Shown: positions 11,128 through 19,934 of the stretch, piece by piece
How the letters are laid out: each line of letters opens with the position of its first letter
Numbering within the stretch: the first letter of the stretch is position 1
Assembly (NCBI RefSeq): GCF_001677475.2
Contig: NZ_CP015229.1
DNA length: 64,000 nucleotides
Reading direction: 5' to 3' (one strand)
From: Escherichia coli
GTDB taxonomy: Bacteria; Pseudomonadota; Gammaproteobacteria; Enterobacterales; Enterobacteriaceae
Notes under the pieces: model-generated
What the model was told of the DNA's origin: nothing
The model's input: only the letters and a program-made list of their open reading frames with translations
The model's database searches: none
Made by a program: the position numbers and the translations under genes

Positions 11128-11988
11128 GTGAGCGAAATGGTTGATACAACTCAAACTACCACCGAGAAAAAACTCACTCAAAGTGATATTCGTGGCGTCT
11201 TCCTACGTTCTAACCTCTTCCAGGGTTCATGGAACTTCGAACGTATGCAGGCACTGGGTTTCTGCTTCTCTATGGTACCGGCAATTCGTCGCCTTTACCC
11301 TGAGAACAACGAAGCTCGTAAACAAGCTATTCGCCGTCACCTGGAGTTCTTTAACACCCAGCCGTTCGTGGCTGCGCCGATTCTCGGCGTAACCCTGGCG
11401 CTGGAAGAACAGCGTGCTAATGGCGCAGAGATCGATGACGGTGCTATCAACGGTATCAAAGTCGGTTTGATGGGGCCGCTGGCTGGTGTAGGCGACCCGA
11501 TCTTCTGGGGAACCGTACGTCCGGTATTTGCAGCGCTGGGTGCCGGTATCGCAATGAGCGGCAGCCTGTTAGGTCCGCTGCTGTTCTTCATCTTGTTTAA
11601 CCTGGTGCGTCTGGCAACTCGTTACTACGGCGTAGCGTATGGTTACTCCAAAGGTATCGATATCGTTAAAGATATGGGTGGTGGTTTCCTGCAAAAACTG
11701 ACGGAAGGGGCGTCTATCCTCGGCCTGTTTGTCATGGGGGCATTAGTTAACAAGTGGACGCATGTCAACATCCCGCTGGTTGTCTCTCGCATTACTGACC
11801 AGACGGGCAAAGAACACGTTACCACTGTCCAGACTATTCTTGACCAGTTAATGCCAGGCCTGGTACCACTGCTGCTGACCTTTGCTTGTATGTGGCTACT
11901 GCGCAAAAAAGTTAACCCGCTGTGGATCATCGTTGGCTTCTTCGTCATCGGTATCGCTGGTTACGCTTGCGGCCTGCTGGGACTGTAA
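11128..11988 (+). CDS. manZ: PTS mannose transporter subunit EIID
   Basis: 286-aa ORF 3 nt after manY; start could be the internal ATG at 11137. Confidence 0.9.
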   Translation: MSEMVDTTQTTTEKKLTQSDIRGVFLRSNLFQGSWNFERMQALGFCFSMVPAIRRLYPENNEARKQAIRRHLEFFNTQPFVAAPILGVTLALEEQRANGAEIDDGAINGIKVGLMGPLAGVGDPIFWGTVRPVFAALGAGIAMSGSLLGPLLFFILFNLVRLATRYYGVAYGYSKGIDIVKDMGGGFLQKLTEGASILGLFVMGALVNKWTHVNIPLVVSRITDQTGKEHVTTVQTILDQLMPGLVPLLLTFACMWLLRKKVNPLWIIVGFFVIGIAGYACGLLGL

Positions 11989-12003
11989 GACTGTTGTACA
12001 CTA

Positions 12004-12029
12004 CCGGGGCCTTTTGGCCCCGTTTTTTT
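12004..12029 (+). terminator. Rho-independent terminator after manZ
   Basis: GC stem ccggggcc/ggccccg followed by TTTTTTT. Confidence 0.6.
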
Positions 12030-12042
12030 ATCTGGAGGATTA

Positions 12043-12501
12043 ATGACAATCACGGACCTGGTACTGATTCTTTTCATCGCCGCACTCCTGGCCTTCGCGA
12101 TCTACGATCAGTTCATCATGCCCCGCCGTAACGGCCCCACTCTGCTGGCAATTCCTTTGCTCCGGCGTGGTCGCATCGATAGCGTTATATTCGTCGGATT
12201 GATTGTCATTCTTATCTATAACAACGTCACGAATCATGGCGCGCTAATAACAACATGGTTATTAAGTGCACTGGCTCTGATGGGTTTTTATATATTCTGG
12301 ATCCGCGTTCCGAAGATCATCTTTAAACAAAAAGGTTTTTTCTTCGCCAATGTCTGGATTGAATATAGCCGAATCAAAGCGATGAACTTGTCGGAAGATG
12401 GCGTGTTGGTGATGCAATTAGAACAGCGTCGGCTGTTAATCCGCGTTCGAAATATCGACGATCTAGAAAAAATTTATAAGCTTCTCGTTTCAACTCAATA
12501 A
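12043..12501 (+). CDS. yobD: UPF0266 inner-membrane protein YobD
   Basis: 152-aa hydrophobic [27 protein letters not shown]. Confidence 0.8.
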
Positions 12502-12698
12502 GTTATGAATTTAGCCAAAGCTATGTTTAGTGTATTTTTAATAATCAGACATAGCTTAGGCTATATTACCTCTTCCCTTATTTGTTATTTATTTTAACGT
12601 TTCATTGATATATAAATCTAAATGAAAATCGTTATCAATAAAGCAATGAAATAATATATTCCAACAGTTGTTTATGAGACGACAATAACTCAGTCCGC

Positions 12699-12720
12699 CT
12701 GGCGCCGATTATTCTGGCCG
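12699..12720. repeat. Left terminal inverted repeat of the IS21-family element (ctggcgccgattattctggccg)
   Basis: Hand alignment: 18 of 22 positions match the reverse complement of 15035-15056. Confidence 0.5.
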
Positions 12721-12765
12721 GTTTTGTAACCTGAGTGTCATTTACATGATCCAACAGGAAATGGC

Positions 12766-14265
12766 GTGACGCTCAATACTTCTCAGGTCAGTTACTATAT
12801 GACTCAGCGTAAGAAAGGTATAACTCAGCATATCTCGGCCATGAAGGCTGGTATCTCAGTCCGTTCTGGTCGTCGGATCGAAAAAGGAGAGTGGGCAAAA
12901 AACAGTGTTCGGCACTGGCGCACACGCAAAGATCCTCTGGAAGCTGTGTGGGACAGCATGCTTGTTCCTCTGTTGAAAGAGAGGCCGGCTCTGACACCAA
13001 CAACTCTACTGGAGATGCTACAGGATAAATATCCCGGCCAGTACCCCAACAGCCTTCGAAGAACAATGCAACGGCGGGTTCGCGAATGGAAACTACAGTA
13101 TGGTACAGAGCAGGAGGTCATGTTCCGCCAGCAACATCAGCCCGGCCTGCGAGGCCTGTCGGACTTTACTGAACTGAAAGGTGTAGTTGTCACCATCGCC
13201 GGTAAGTTGTTGGCGCATAAGTTGTATCACTTCCGTCTGGAATGGAGCCACTGGAGCTGGATGCGGGTTGTTCTGGGTGGTGAGAGCTTCTCTGCTCTGG
13301 CTGAAGGCCTGCAGGAAGCCCTCGGACAACTGGGCGGAGTGCCGGTAGAACATAAAACGGACAGCCTGAGGGCAGCATGGAAACAACAGGGCGAAGATGG
13401 ACGCCGCGAGCTGACTGAGCGTTATGCTACTCTCTGTCAGCACTACGGAATGCAGGGCGTACACAATAATGCCGGTCGGGGCCACGAAAATGGCTCGGTT
13501 GAAAGTGCCCACGGACATCTGAAAAGGCGTATCTGTCAGGCGCTGATACTGCGGGGCAGTAACGACTTCAGCACCATAGAAGAATATCAGGCCTTCATCA
13601 CTCAGCAGGTTATGCGGCACAACCGTAACAATCAGGATCTGGTCAAGGAAGAACGTCTTCATCTGAAACCGCTGCCGCTTCGTCGCAGTGCTGACTATGA
13701 TGAGCTGACTGTGAGGGTTAGTCGCAGCAGTACCATCAATGTGAAGCACGTCGTCTACAGCGTACCTTCCCGGCTTGTAGGTCAACTGTTACGGGTCAGG
13801 TTATGGGACGATCGTCTGAGCTGTTACGTTGGCAGCAGCGAGGTCATGAGCTGCCCTCGCGTCAGACCAGAAAAAGGGAAGACGCGGGCCCGTCGTATCG
13901 ACTTCCGACATGTGATCGACAGTCTGGCAAAAAAGCCCGGTGCGTTCTGCCATGCAACGCTGAGAAATGACATCCTGCCGGACGATGAATGGCGGAGGCT
14001 GTGGCGTCGCTTATGTAATCATCTGGAGCCCGATATGGCAGGAAGGCTGATGGTACATGCCCTGAAACTGGCTGCAGGATACGACGATATCTCAGTCGTG
14101 GCAAAAGGTATGGAGCAGATGCTGAATACCCCGGGAAACGTGGATCTGCACCGGCTGATGCGCTTCCTGGGTATAAAAGAAAAGGCGTTGCCGGTAGTCA
14201 ATGTGATACAGCATAACCTGAGCAGTTATGAGCAACTACTGCGTGGCAAGGGAGGTTCGCAGTGA
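12766..14265 (+). CDS. istA: IS21-family transposase IstA
   Basis: 499-aa ORF from GTG at 12766 (alternative in-frame ATG at 12799); N-terminal HTH-like region, large catalytic domain; stop overlaps istB start. Confidence 0.8.
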   Translation: MTLNTSQVSYYMTQRKKGITQHISAMKAGISVRSGRRIEKGEWAKNSVRHWRTRKDPLEAVWDSMLVPLLKERPALTPTTLLEMLQDKYPGQYPNSLRRTMQRRVREWKLQYGTEQEVMFRQQHQPGLRGLSDFTELKGVVVTIAGKLLAHKLYHFRLEWSHWSWMRVVLGGESFSALAEGLQEALGQLGGVPVEHKTDSLRAAWKQQGEDGRRELTERYATLCQHYGMQGVHNNAGRGHENGSVESAHGHLKRRICQALILRGSNDFSTIEEYQAFITQQVMRHNRNNQDLVKEERLHLKPLPLRRSADYDELTVRVSRSSTINVKHVVYSVPSRLVGQLLRVRLWDDRLSCYVGSSEVMSCPRVRPEKGKTRARRIDFRHVIDSLAKKPGAFCHATLRNDILPDDEWRRLWRRLCNHLEPDMAGRLMVHALKLAAGYDDISVVAKGMEQMLNTPGNVDLHRLMRFLGIKEKALPVVNVIQHNLSSYEQLLRGKGGSQ

Positions 14266-15017
14266 GCAATATCCATCACCTTGAACATAGCCTGCGTAAA
14301 CTACGCCTGACACGAGTTGGAGCTGAATGGCACGCTCTGGAAAAACGAGCGCTGGCAGAAGGCTGGACACCATCGCGCTATCTTCTGACGCTATGCAATG
14401 AAGAACTCCTGTGGCGCGAGAGTGAAAAACTGCGTCGTTATAAAAAGGAGGCCCGGTTGCCAGTTGCCAAAACGCTGAGCGAATACGACTTCAGTCAGGT
14501 GCCGGAACTGAATGGAGCTCAGTTCCGGCAACTCTGTGAAACGACAGACTGGGTTGATGCAGGAGAAAACGTTCTGCTGTTCGGAGCCAGCGGGTTGGGG
14601 AAAAGCCATCTGGCGGCAGCGATCGTGGATGGCGTAGTAGGTCAGGGCTACCGGGCCCGGTTCTACAGCGCAGGAGAGCTGTTGCAGGAACTACGTAAAG
14701 CCAGAGCTCAGTTGAAACTGAATGAGCTGCTACTGAAACTGGATCGCTACCGGGTGATAGTGGTGGATGATCTTGGCTATGTCAAACGCGATAGTGCCGA
14801 AACGGGTGTGCTGTTCGAGTTAATAGCGCATCGCTATGAACGTGGGAGCCTGGTGATAACCAGTAACCATCCGTTCAGCATGTGGGGCAGCATCTTCGTG
14901 GATGAGACTATGGCGGTGGCTGCGGCAGACAGGCTGCTCCATCACGGATATATGTTCGAACTGAAAGGGGAAAGCTACAGGAAAAAGACAGCGAAGGCAG
15001 TAACAAGCGCGACTTGA
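14262..15017 (+). CDS. istB: IS21-family helper ATPase IstB
   Basis: 251-aa ORF with Walker A (LLFGASGLGKSHLAAAI) and Walker B-like (VIVVDDLGY) motifs; translationally coupled to istA. Confidence 0.85.
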   Translation: MSNIHHLEHSLRKLRLTRVGAEWHALEKRALAEGWTPSRYLLTLCNEELLWRESEKLRRYKKEARLPVAKTLSEYDFSQVPELNGAQFRQLCETTDWVDAGENVLLFGASGLGKSHLAAAIVDGVVGQGYRARFYSAGELLQELRKARAQLKLNELLLKLDRYRVIVVDDLGYVKRDSAETGVLFELIAHRYERGSLVITSNHPFSMWGSIFVDETMAVAAADRLLHHGYMFELKGESYRKKTAKAVTSAT

Positions 15018-15034
15018 TGTCGCCCTGAAGGGTG

Positions 15035-15056
15035 CGGCCAGTATAGTTGGCGCGAG
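15035..15056. repeat. Right terminal inverted repeat of the IS21-family element
   Basis: Reverse complement ctcgcgccaactatactggccg pairs with 12699-12720 (18/22). Confidence 0.5.
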
Positions 15057-15121
15057 TCGGCAAAACTAGTTGACGTCTAATAGTTGTTTTATATTCTCAA
15101 AATATGTTAAGGTTGCGCCCT

Positions 15122-15346
15122 CATTTGGGGAGTAGCCGATTTCCAGATTCCGGAAATGTACGTGTCAACATACTCGTTGCAAAACGTGGCACGTACGGAC
15201 TGAACACTTTCAGTCAGGCGAGACCATATGCACATCAATCGCTATGCCTGCATGAACGCGAAAACCCGTCGCGGCTTGTTGTTCATGTATGCATGTTTGC
15301 TGGGGGCGATGATGTGTTTTATGGATACCCCGGTCAGGACGTTGTC
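15122..15346 (+). promoter_or_regulatory. mntP 5' leader with predicted yybP-ykoY manganese riboswitch (extent approximate)
   Basis: Long untranslated leader before the mntP ATG beginning with ggggagtagcc near the expected transcript start; the E. coli mntP leader is known to hold an Mn riboswitch; structure not folded here. Confidence 0.5.
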
Positions 15347-15913
15347 ATGAATATCACTGCTACTGTTCTTCTTGCGTTTGGTATGTCGATGGATGCATTT
15401 GCTGCATCAATCGGTAAAGGTGCCACCCTCCATAAACCGAAATTTTCTGAAGCATTGCGAACCGGCCTTATTTTTGGTGCCGTCGAAACCCTGACACCGC
15501 TGATCGGCTGGGGAATGGGCATGTTAGCCAGCCGGTTTGTCCTTGAATGGAATCACTGGATTGCGTTTGTGCTGCTGATATTCCTCGGCGGGCGAATGAT
15601 TATTGAGGGTTTTCGTGGCGCAGATGATGAAGATGAAGAGCCGCGCCGTCGGCACGGTTTCTGGCTACTGGTAACCACCGCGATTGCCACCAGCCTGGAT
15701 GCCATGGCTGTGGGTGTTGGTCTTGCTTTCCTTCAGGTCAACATTATCGCGACCGCATTGGCCATTGGTTGTGCAACCTTGATTATGTCGACATTAGGGA
15801 TGATGGTTGGTCGCTTTATCGGCTCAATTATTGGGAAAAAAGCGGAAATTCTCGGCGGGCTAGTGCTGATCGGCATCGGCGTCCAGATCCTCTGGACGCA
15901 CTTCCACGGTTAA
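15347..15913 (+). CDS. mntP: Manganese efflux pump MntP
   Basis: 188-aa membrane protein [25 protein letters not shown]; ORF-track N-terminal extension (15104) rejected. Confidence 0.85.
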
Positions 15914-16719
15914 TAAGAACGCTGCCAGAGGTGAATATTAAAGTCCGTCTGGCAGTCGAACACTTCTTTTGCTACCAGTGTTTGCCAGACTTCTGGCTTC
16001 GCACGCCAGGCAAACGGCGTCATCTGCAATAATGCGACGGCTTCGTCACCGCGAAGACGCATCGGATAACACAACTCATCACTCTGCTGTAATGTAAAAC
16101 CTTCCAGTTGTTCTGCATGTGGTGCATGAAGATGTACTTCATTGTAAATCAGCCCCTTCAGCTCCATCAAATGTCGCGGTCCCGGCGTGGCAGTAATGAC
16201 CCAACCGCCAGGCTTCACTACTCGCGCTAATTCTTCTGCTTTACACGGCGCGTAAATACGTATTATGGCGTCCATACTGGCATCGGAAAACGGCAAACGG
16301 TGGCTGGAAGCAACACAAAAAGTGACCTGCGGATAGCGTTTCGCCGCCGCTTTTATCGCTACCTTCGAGACATCCAGGCCAAACGTGGTGATTTCGGGCA
16401 GCGCATCGGCAAATGCGTGTGTGTAATACCCTTCACCACAGCCAATATCCAGCACCGCCGTGGCCTTTTCATCAAGCCGTTCCCGCAGTTGGGCGACAAT
16501 TGCATCACGCAGCGGCTGATAATGTCCGGCATCTAAGAATGCGCGGCGTGCTTGCATCATTTCCGCGCTGTCGCCCGGATCACGAGACCGTTTATGCTGA
16601 ACGGGCAGCAGATTGACATACCCTTCTTTCGCCATATCAAACTGATGTCGCTGGGGACAGATATAGCTGTTTTTTTCACGCGAAAGAGGCTGATGGCAAA
16701 GTGGACAGGAAAACGACAT
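15910..16719 (-). CDS. rlmA: 23S rRNA m1G745 methyltransferase RlmA
   Basis: 269-aa ORF with N-terminal Cys4 zinc ribbon (CPLCHQ...CPQRH) and SAM methyltransferase motif DIGCGEGYY. Confidence 0.85.
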
Positions 16720-16804
16720 GACAACTCCGGCAGGATACTAAAGGCCGCAAGTGTAACGCGAATCACGCGGCGGGCAAATATCCGAACGCCAGGAGCGAAG
16801 ATAA

Positions 16805-16840
16805 AGCAAAGTAAAAAGCCTCGCATTCGACGAGGCTTTA
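16805..16840 (-). terminator. Rho-independent terminator after cspC
   Basis: Stem aaagcctcg/cgaggcttt with T-run on minus strand. Confidence 0.55.
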
Positions 16841-16884
16841 TAGCGAGATTGAAGCGTATTCACACTTCAGATCAGTGGATTCGA

Positions 16885-17094
16885 TCAGATAGCTGTTACG
16901 TTAACAGCTGCCGGACCTTTCTGGCCGTCCTGAATTTCGAACTCAACGTTCTGACCTTCAGCCAGAGTTTTGAAGCCATTACCCTGGATAGCGGAGAAGT
17001 GTACGAACACGTCTTTGCTGCCATCAGCCGGAGTAATGAAGCCAAAACCTTTAGACTCGTTGAACCACTTAACCTGACCTTTAATCTTTGCCAT
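16885..17094 (-). CDS. cspC: Cold-shock-domain protein CspC
   Basis: 69-aa [23 protein letters not shown] with RNP motifs. Confidence 0.95.
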
Positions 17095-17106
17095 TTGAAA
17101 AATTCC

Positions 17107-17250
17107 TTAGATTGTTTTCTTCGCCCGCAGGCATAACATAGATAAAACTGACACATTACTGCATGAGGCACCAATATAAGGCTCGGCAGAGAAGCGGTAT
17201 TCAACGTCAACGTGTTTACTCAGGACTTCTTTACTGAAAATGCCACACAT
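17107..17250 (-). CDS. yobF: Small protein YobF (47 aa), co-transcribed with cspC
   Basis: Hand translation of minus strand: [47 protein letters not shown]; absent from ORF track (below 60 aa). Confidence 0.8.
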
Positions 17251-17919
17251 AAACAGAACTGTACCTCGTTTAACCCGAAATCTGTTATCACATACAACGT
17301 TAATTATGGCAAGCCATTTTTAAACATGTCTCGATCAGACGCACAAATCTCGATACGTCTTCCACTTTTTTTGCACACTTATGCAACGGAATACGCGCCG
17401 ATATATCATTGTGCTTAACCTTGCCAGTTCAGGCAGATACTTAAACTGACGTATTTTCTAACATAGTTCAATAAGTTCAGTTGTTCCAGGCCAGTAGGAG
17501 AAGTTATTACATAGTGCGTGCAATATCACATTTTCTGCTATGCAATGAATAAAAAGTTATATCACTTTTTCTCATAAAACAGTCAGTTAACGGCCACCAA
17601 TTACCCCAAAGAGAAGTCAATCCCCAATGGTATTGTAAATTTAAAATAAGAAAAATTGATGAATGCGCAAAAAAATCAAGAGAGAAACGTTTCGCTAATA
17701 AATAATACCACGCTTAATCACAAATCCGATGTAAACATCCTAATAAATTAATGGGCTAAATATCTTTTTCTGATATCTCGTTACGCAAATAAATAATATG
17801 ATAATTATTTGAAGTCAGACCAGAGTTTTAATTTGAAGCAGTTGCACCATGACAGTGCGTATAATCAGGATGAATTGAGTAACCCTTCAACGACGGGGTT
17901 ACTCAAGATTGAGGAAGGA

Positions 17920-18207
17920 TTATCGTTCGGCGACCAGACGAATAATATCTTCGTCTTCAACCGATTTTTGACTCTCAACGGTCTTTTTATCTGCTTTCTC
18001 TGGTTCATTTGCTTCGCACAAACGACGTAACAGTGCATTTTGACGTTTTTGCTGATCCAACAACGCCTCAAGCAGTTCAATCTGTTCGTTAGTCCGTGAA
18101 CTGGCACGATTGATAAAAAACCACAAGATGAGCCCGATAAGAAGAACCACCACCGATACAACCAAAGACGCTATGTTCATCACGCCTGAATTTACAACTT
18201 CGTTCAT
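17920..18207 (-). CDS. yebO: Small membrane protein YebO
   Basis: 95-aa ORF, one N-terminal TM helix then charged coiled region. Confidence 0.8.
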   Translation of the reverse strand: MNEVVNSGVMNIASLVVSVVVLLIGLILWFFINRASSRTNEQIELLEALLDQQKRQNALLRRLCEANEPEKADKKTVESQKSVEDEDIIRLVAER

Positions 18208-18281
18208 TTCACCACCTCTGAGTAGAGGCGCTATTCTACCACTGCTGGAGAGGAAGAAAATCTAGTGCTGAAAAAATGATA

Positions 18282-18425
18282 TCACCACGGGATAAACTGG
18301 TTAATGGCACAAATTCCGCTGAAAAATTGTACATCCTGATCGCACATCATGTTGAATACCTGCGCCCAAAGCAGCAAGCAAGCCAACACCACGACAACCA
18401 GAACGACCCATCGAAACTTTTTCAC
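18282..18425 (-). CDS. mgrB: PhoQ-inhibiting small membrane protein MgrB (47 aa)
   Basis: Hand translation of minus strand from GTG: [47 protein letters not shown]; absent from ORF track. Confidence 0.85.
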
Positions 18426-18583
18426 TCCAATCTCCGTTTCACCTACCTTATGTCATTAAACTAGCATGCGTTAGTTAAACAGCGCCTAACTATGTCGATA
18501 TTCGTGCTTTTTCAGAATGAGTCGCTTGCTTCAGCGCATATTGCCGCTACGATTAAGCGAACATAAAAAGAGAAGAGGTTGTA

Positions 18584-18823
18584 ATGCGATTCATCATTCG
18601 CACAGTTATGCTGATAGCACTGGTATGGATAGGATTATTACTCAGCGGATATGGCGTTTTGATTGGAAGCAAAGAGAATGCCGCGGGATTAGGTTTGCAA
18701 TGTACCTATCTGACCGCCAGAGGCACCAGCACGGTACAATACCTGCACACTAAAAGTGGTTTTCTGGGGATAACAGATTGCCCGTTGTTACGTAAAAGCA
18801 ATATTGTGGTCGATAATGGTTAA
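18584..18823 (+). CDS. yobH: Small protein YobH
   Basis: 79-aa ORF MRFIIRTVMLIALVWIGLLLSGYG with signal/TM N-terminus. Confidence 0.75.
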   Translation: MRFIIRTVMLIALVWIGLLLSGYGVLIGSKENAAGLGLQCTYLTARGTSTVQYLHTKSGFLGITDCPLLRKSNIVVDNG

Positions 18824-18920
18824 GGGTAATAAATAACCAGATTCTCACTCATGAGTAAAATATTCTTATCGCAAGTGCGTTTAATATAACGCCACCTTCA
18901 ACTTTATTTTTCTCATGCTA

Positions 18921-18959
18921 AATAAAGAACCTGTCTGTTTGATATTCAGACAGGTTCTT
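18921..18959 (-). terminator. Terminator hairpin after kdgR
   Basis: 13-bp perfect stem aagaacctgtctg/cagacaggttctt immediately after the kdgR stop. Confidence 0.5.
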
Positions 18960-18966
18960 ACTCTCA

Positions 18967-19758
18967 TCAGAACGGATAGTCGTGATAACCCATTTGGGCA
19001 GAAATTTTGCGCGCTGCGGTATGCAACATTGCGACATATTCCTGTAAACGCTCTTCAGAGAAACGCAACGTCGGGAAGGAGATGCTAAGACCGGCAATGA
19101 CCACGCCAAAGCGATCAAATACCGGAACCGCAATGCATCGCAGCCCTTCTTCCTGCTCTTCGTTATCTTCGCCATACCCCTGCTCACGCACCTGGTCCAG
19201 AACGGGTAATAACGCTTCTGTACTGGTGATGGTCCGCTCGGTACTGCATTTATACTCCACGCCCTCAAGAATTTGCTTCACTTCATCGCGATCGCGCCAT
19301 GCCAGCAGTACCTTACCAATCGCGGTGCTGTACAGCGGATTACGACGCCCAATCCGTGAATACATGCGCAAATTGTACATAGAGTCAATTTTATGGATGT
19401 AAACAATACTGTCTTCGTCCAGTGCGCCGAGGTGGATAGTTTCTTTGGTCAGGCGGGAGATCTCACGCATCTGGATATCTGCGCTACGAATTAAATCGAC
19501 GTTTTGTAACGCGCGAGCGCCCAGTTCAAACAATTTCAGGGTCAGGGAATATTTCTCCGACTCCCCTTCCTGCGCCACATAACCTAAGGTTTTCATGGTC
19601 TGTAAAAAGCGATAAACGGTGCTTTTTGACATCATGACGCGCTGCGACAGCTCGGTTATCCCTATTTCGCGCTCTTCACCCAGCGCCTGCAAAATGCCAA
19701 AAACTTTTAGCACGGAAGATACAGAATCAGGCTGTTTATCCAGATCTGCGTTAGCCAT
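18967..19758 (-). CDS. kdgR: IclR-family repressor KdgR
   Basis: 263-aa ORF with N-terminal HTH (SVLKVFGILQALGEE) and IclR effector domain. Confidence 0.85.
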   Translation of the reverse strand: MANADLDKQPDSVSSVLKVFGILQALGEEREIGITELSQRVMMSKSTVYRFLQTMKTLGYVAQEGESEKYSLTLKLFELGARALQNVDLIRSADIQMREISRLTKETIHLGALDEDSIVYIHKIDSMYNLRMYSRIGRRNPLYSTAIGKVLLAWRDRDEVKQILEGVEYKCSTERTITSTEALLPVLDQVREQGYGEDNEEQEEGLRCIAVPVFDRFGVVIAGLSISFPTLRFSEERLQEYVAMLHTAARKISAQMGYHDYPF

Positions 19759-19934
19759 TTATCACCTCATTGCGAGTGTTTTATAAAAATCAGAACTGTT
19801 TTTTATTATAATTTCGCACCAGGGTGGTCGCAATCCATCTTTTGCCGGTTAGTTACAATTCTGCGACATCCACCGTGAATATCAGTGCTAGAATCATACC
19901 CCTGTTGATTATTCACCAAAGATATAAAATTCCT

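Larger units (their letters stand above)
12695..15060 (+). mobile_element. IS21-family insertion sequence (istA-istB), about 2.36 kb, apparently intact; boundaries approximate (plus or minus 10 bp)
   Basis: Two-gene transposase module with 4-nt GTGA overlap, IstB Walker A ATPase, flanked by imperfect 22-bp inverted repeats; interrupts the yobD-mntP intergenic region. Confidence 0.7.

Noticed and set aside
10420-11181. 253-aa minus-strand ORF inside manY/manZ
   Set aside because: Antisense to two recognised PTS genes; His/Cys/Asn-rich nonsense-like composition.
12502-12694. AT-rich sequence left of istA considered as part of the IS
   Set aside because: The inverted-repeat match to the right end begins only at about 12695-12699; the AT-rich stretch is more likely native yobD-mntP intergenic DNA (unverified without a reference).
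13093-13785. 230-aa minus-strand ORF inside istA
   Set aside because: Antisense to the IstA transposase frame; no independent evidence, and IS21-family elements are not known to encode an antisense protein here.
15104-15346. N-terminal extension of mntP in the ORF track (269-aa version)
   Set aside because: The remembered MntP starts at [12 protein letters not shown]; the upstream in-frame region matches the structured riboswitch leader and is not coding.
17878-17901. Hairpin gtaaccc...ggggttac considered as a yebO terminator
   Set aside because: Not followed by a T-run on either strand and it lies upstream of the yebO stop on the plus side, so the assignment is unsupported; left as an observation only.
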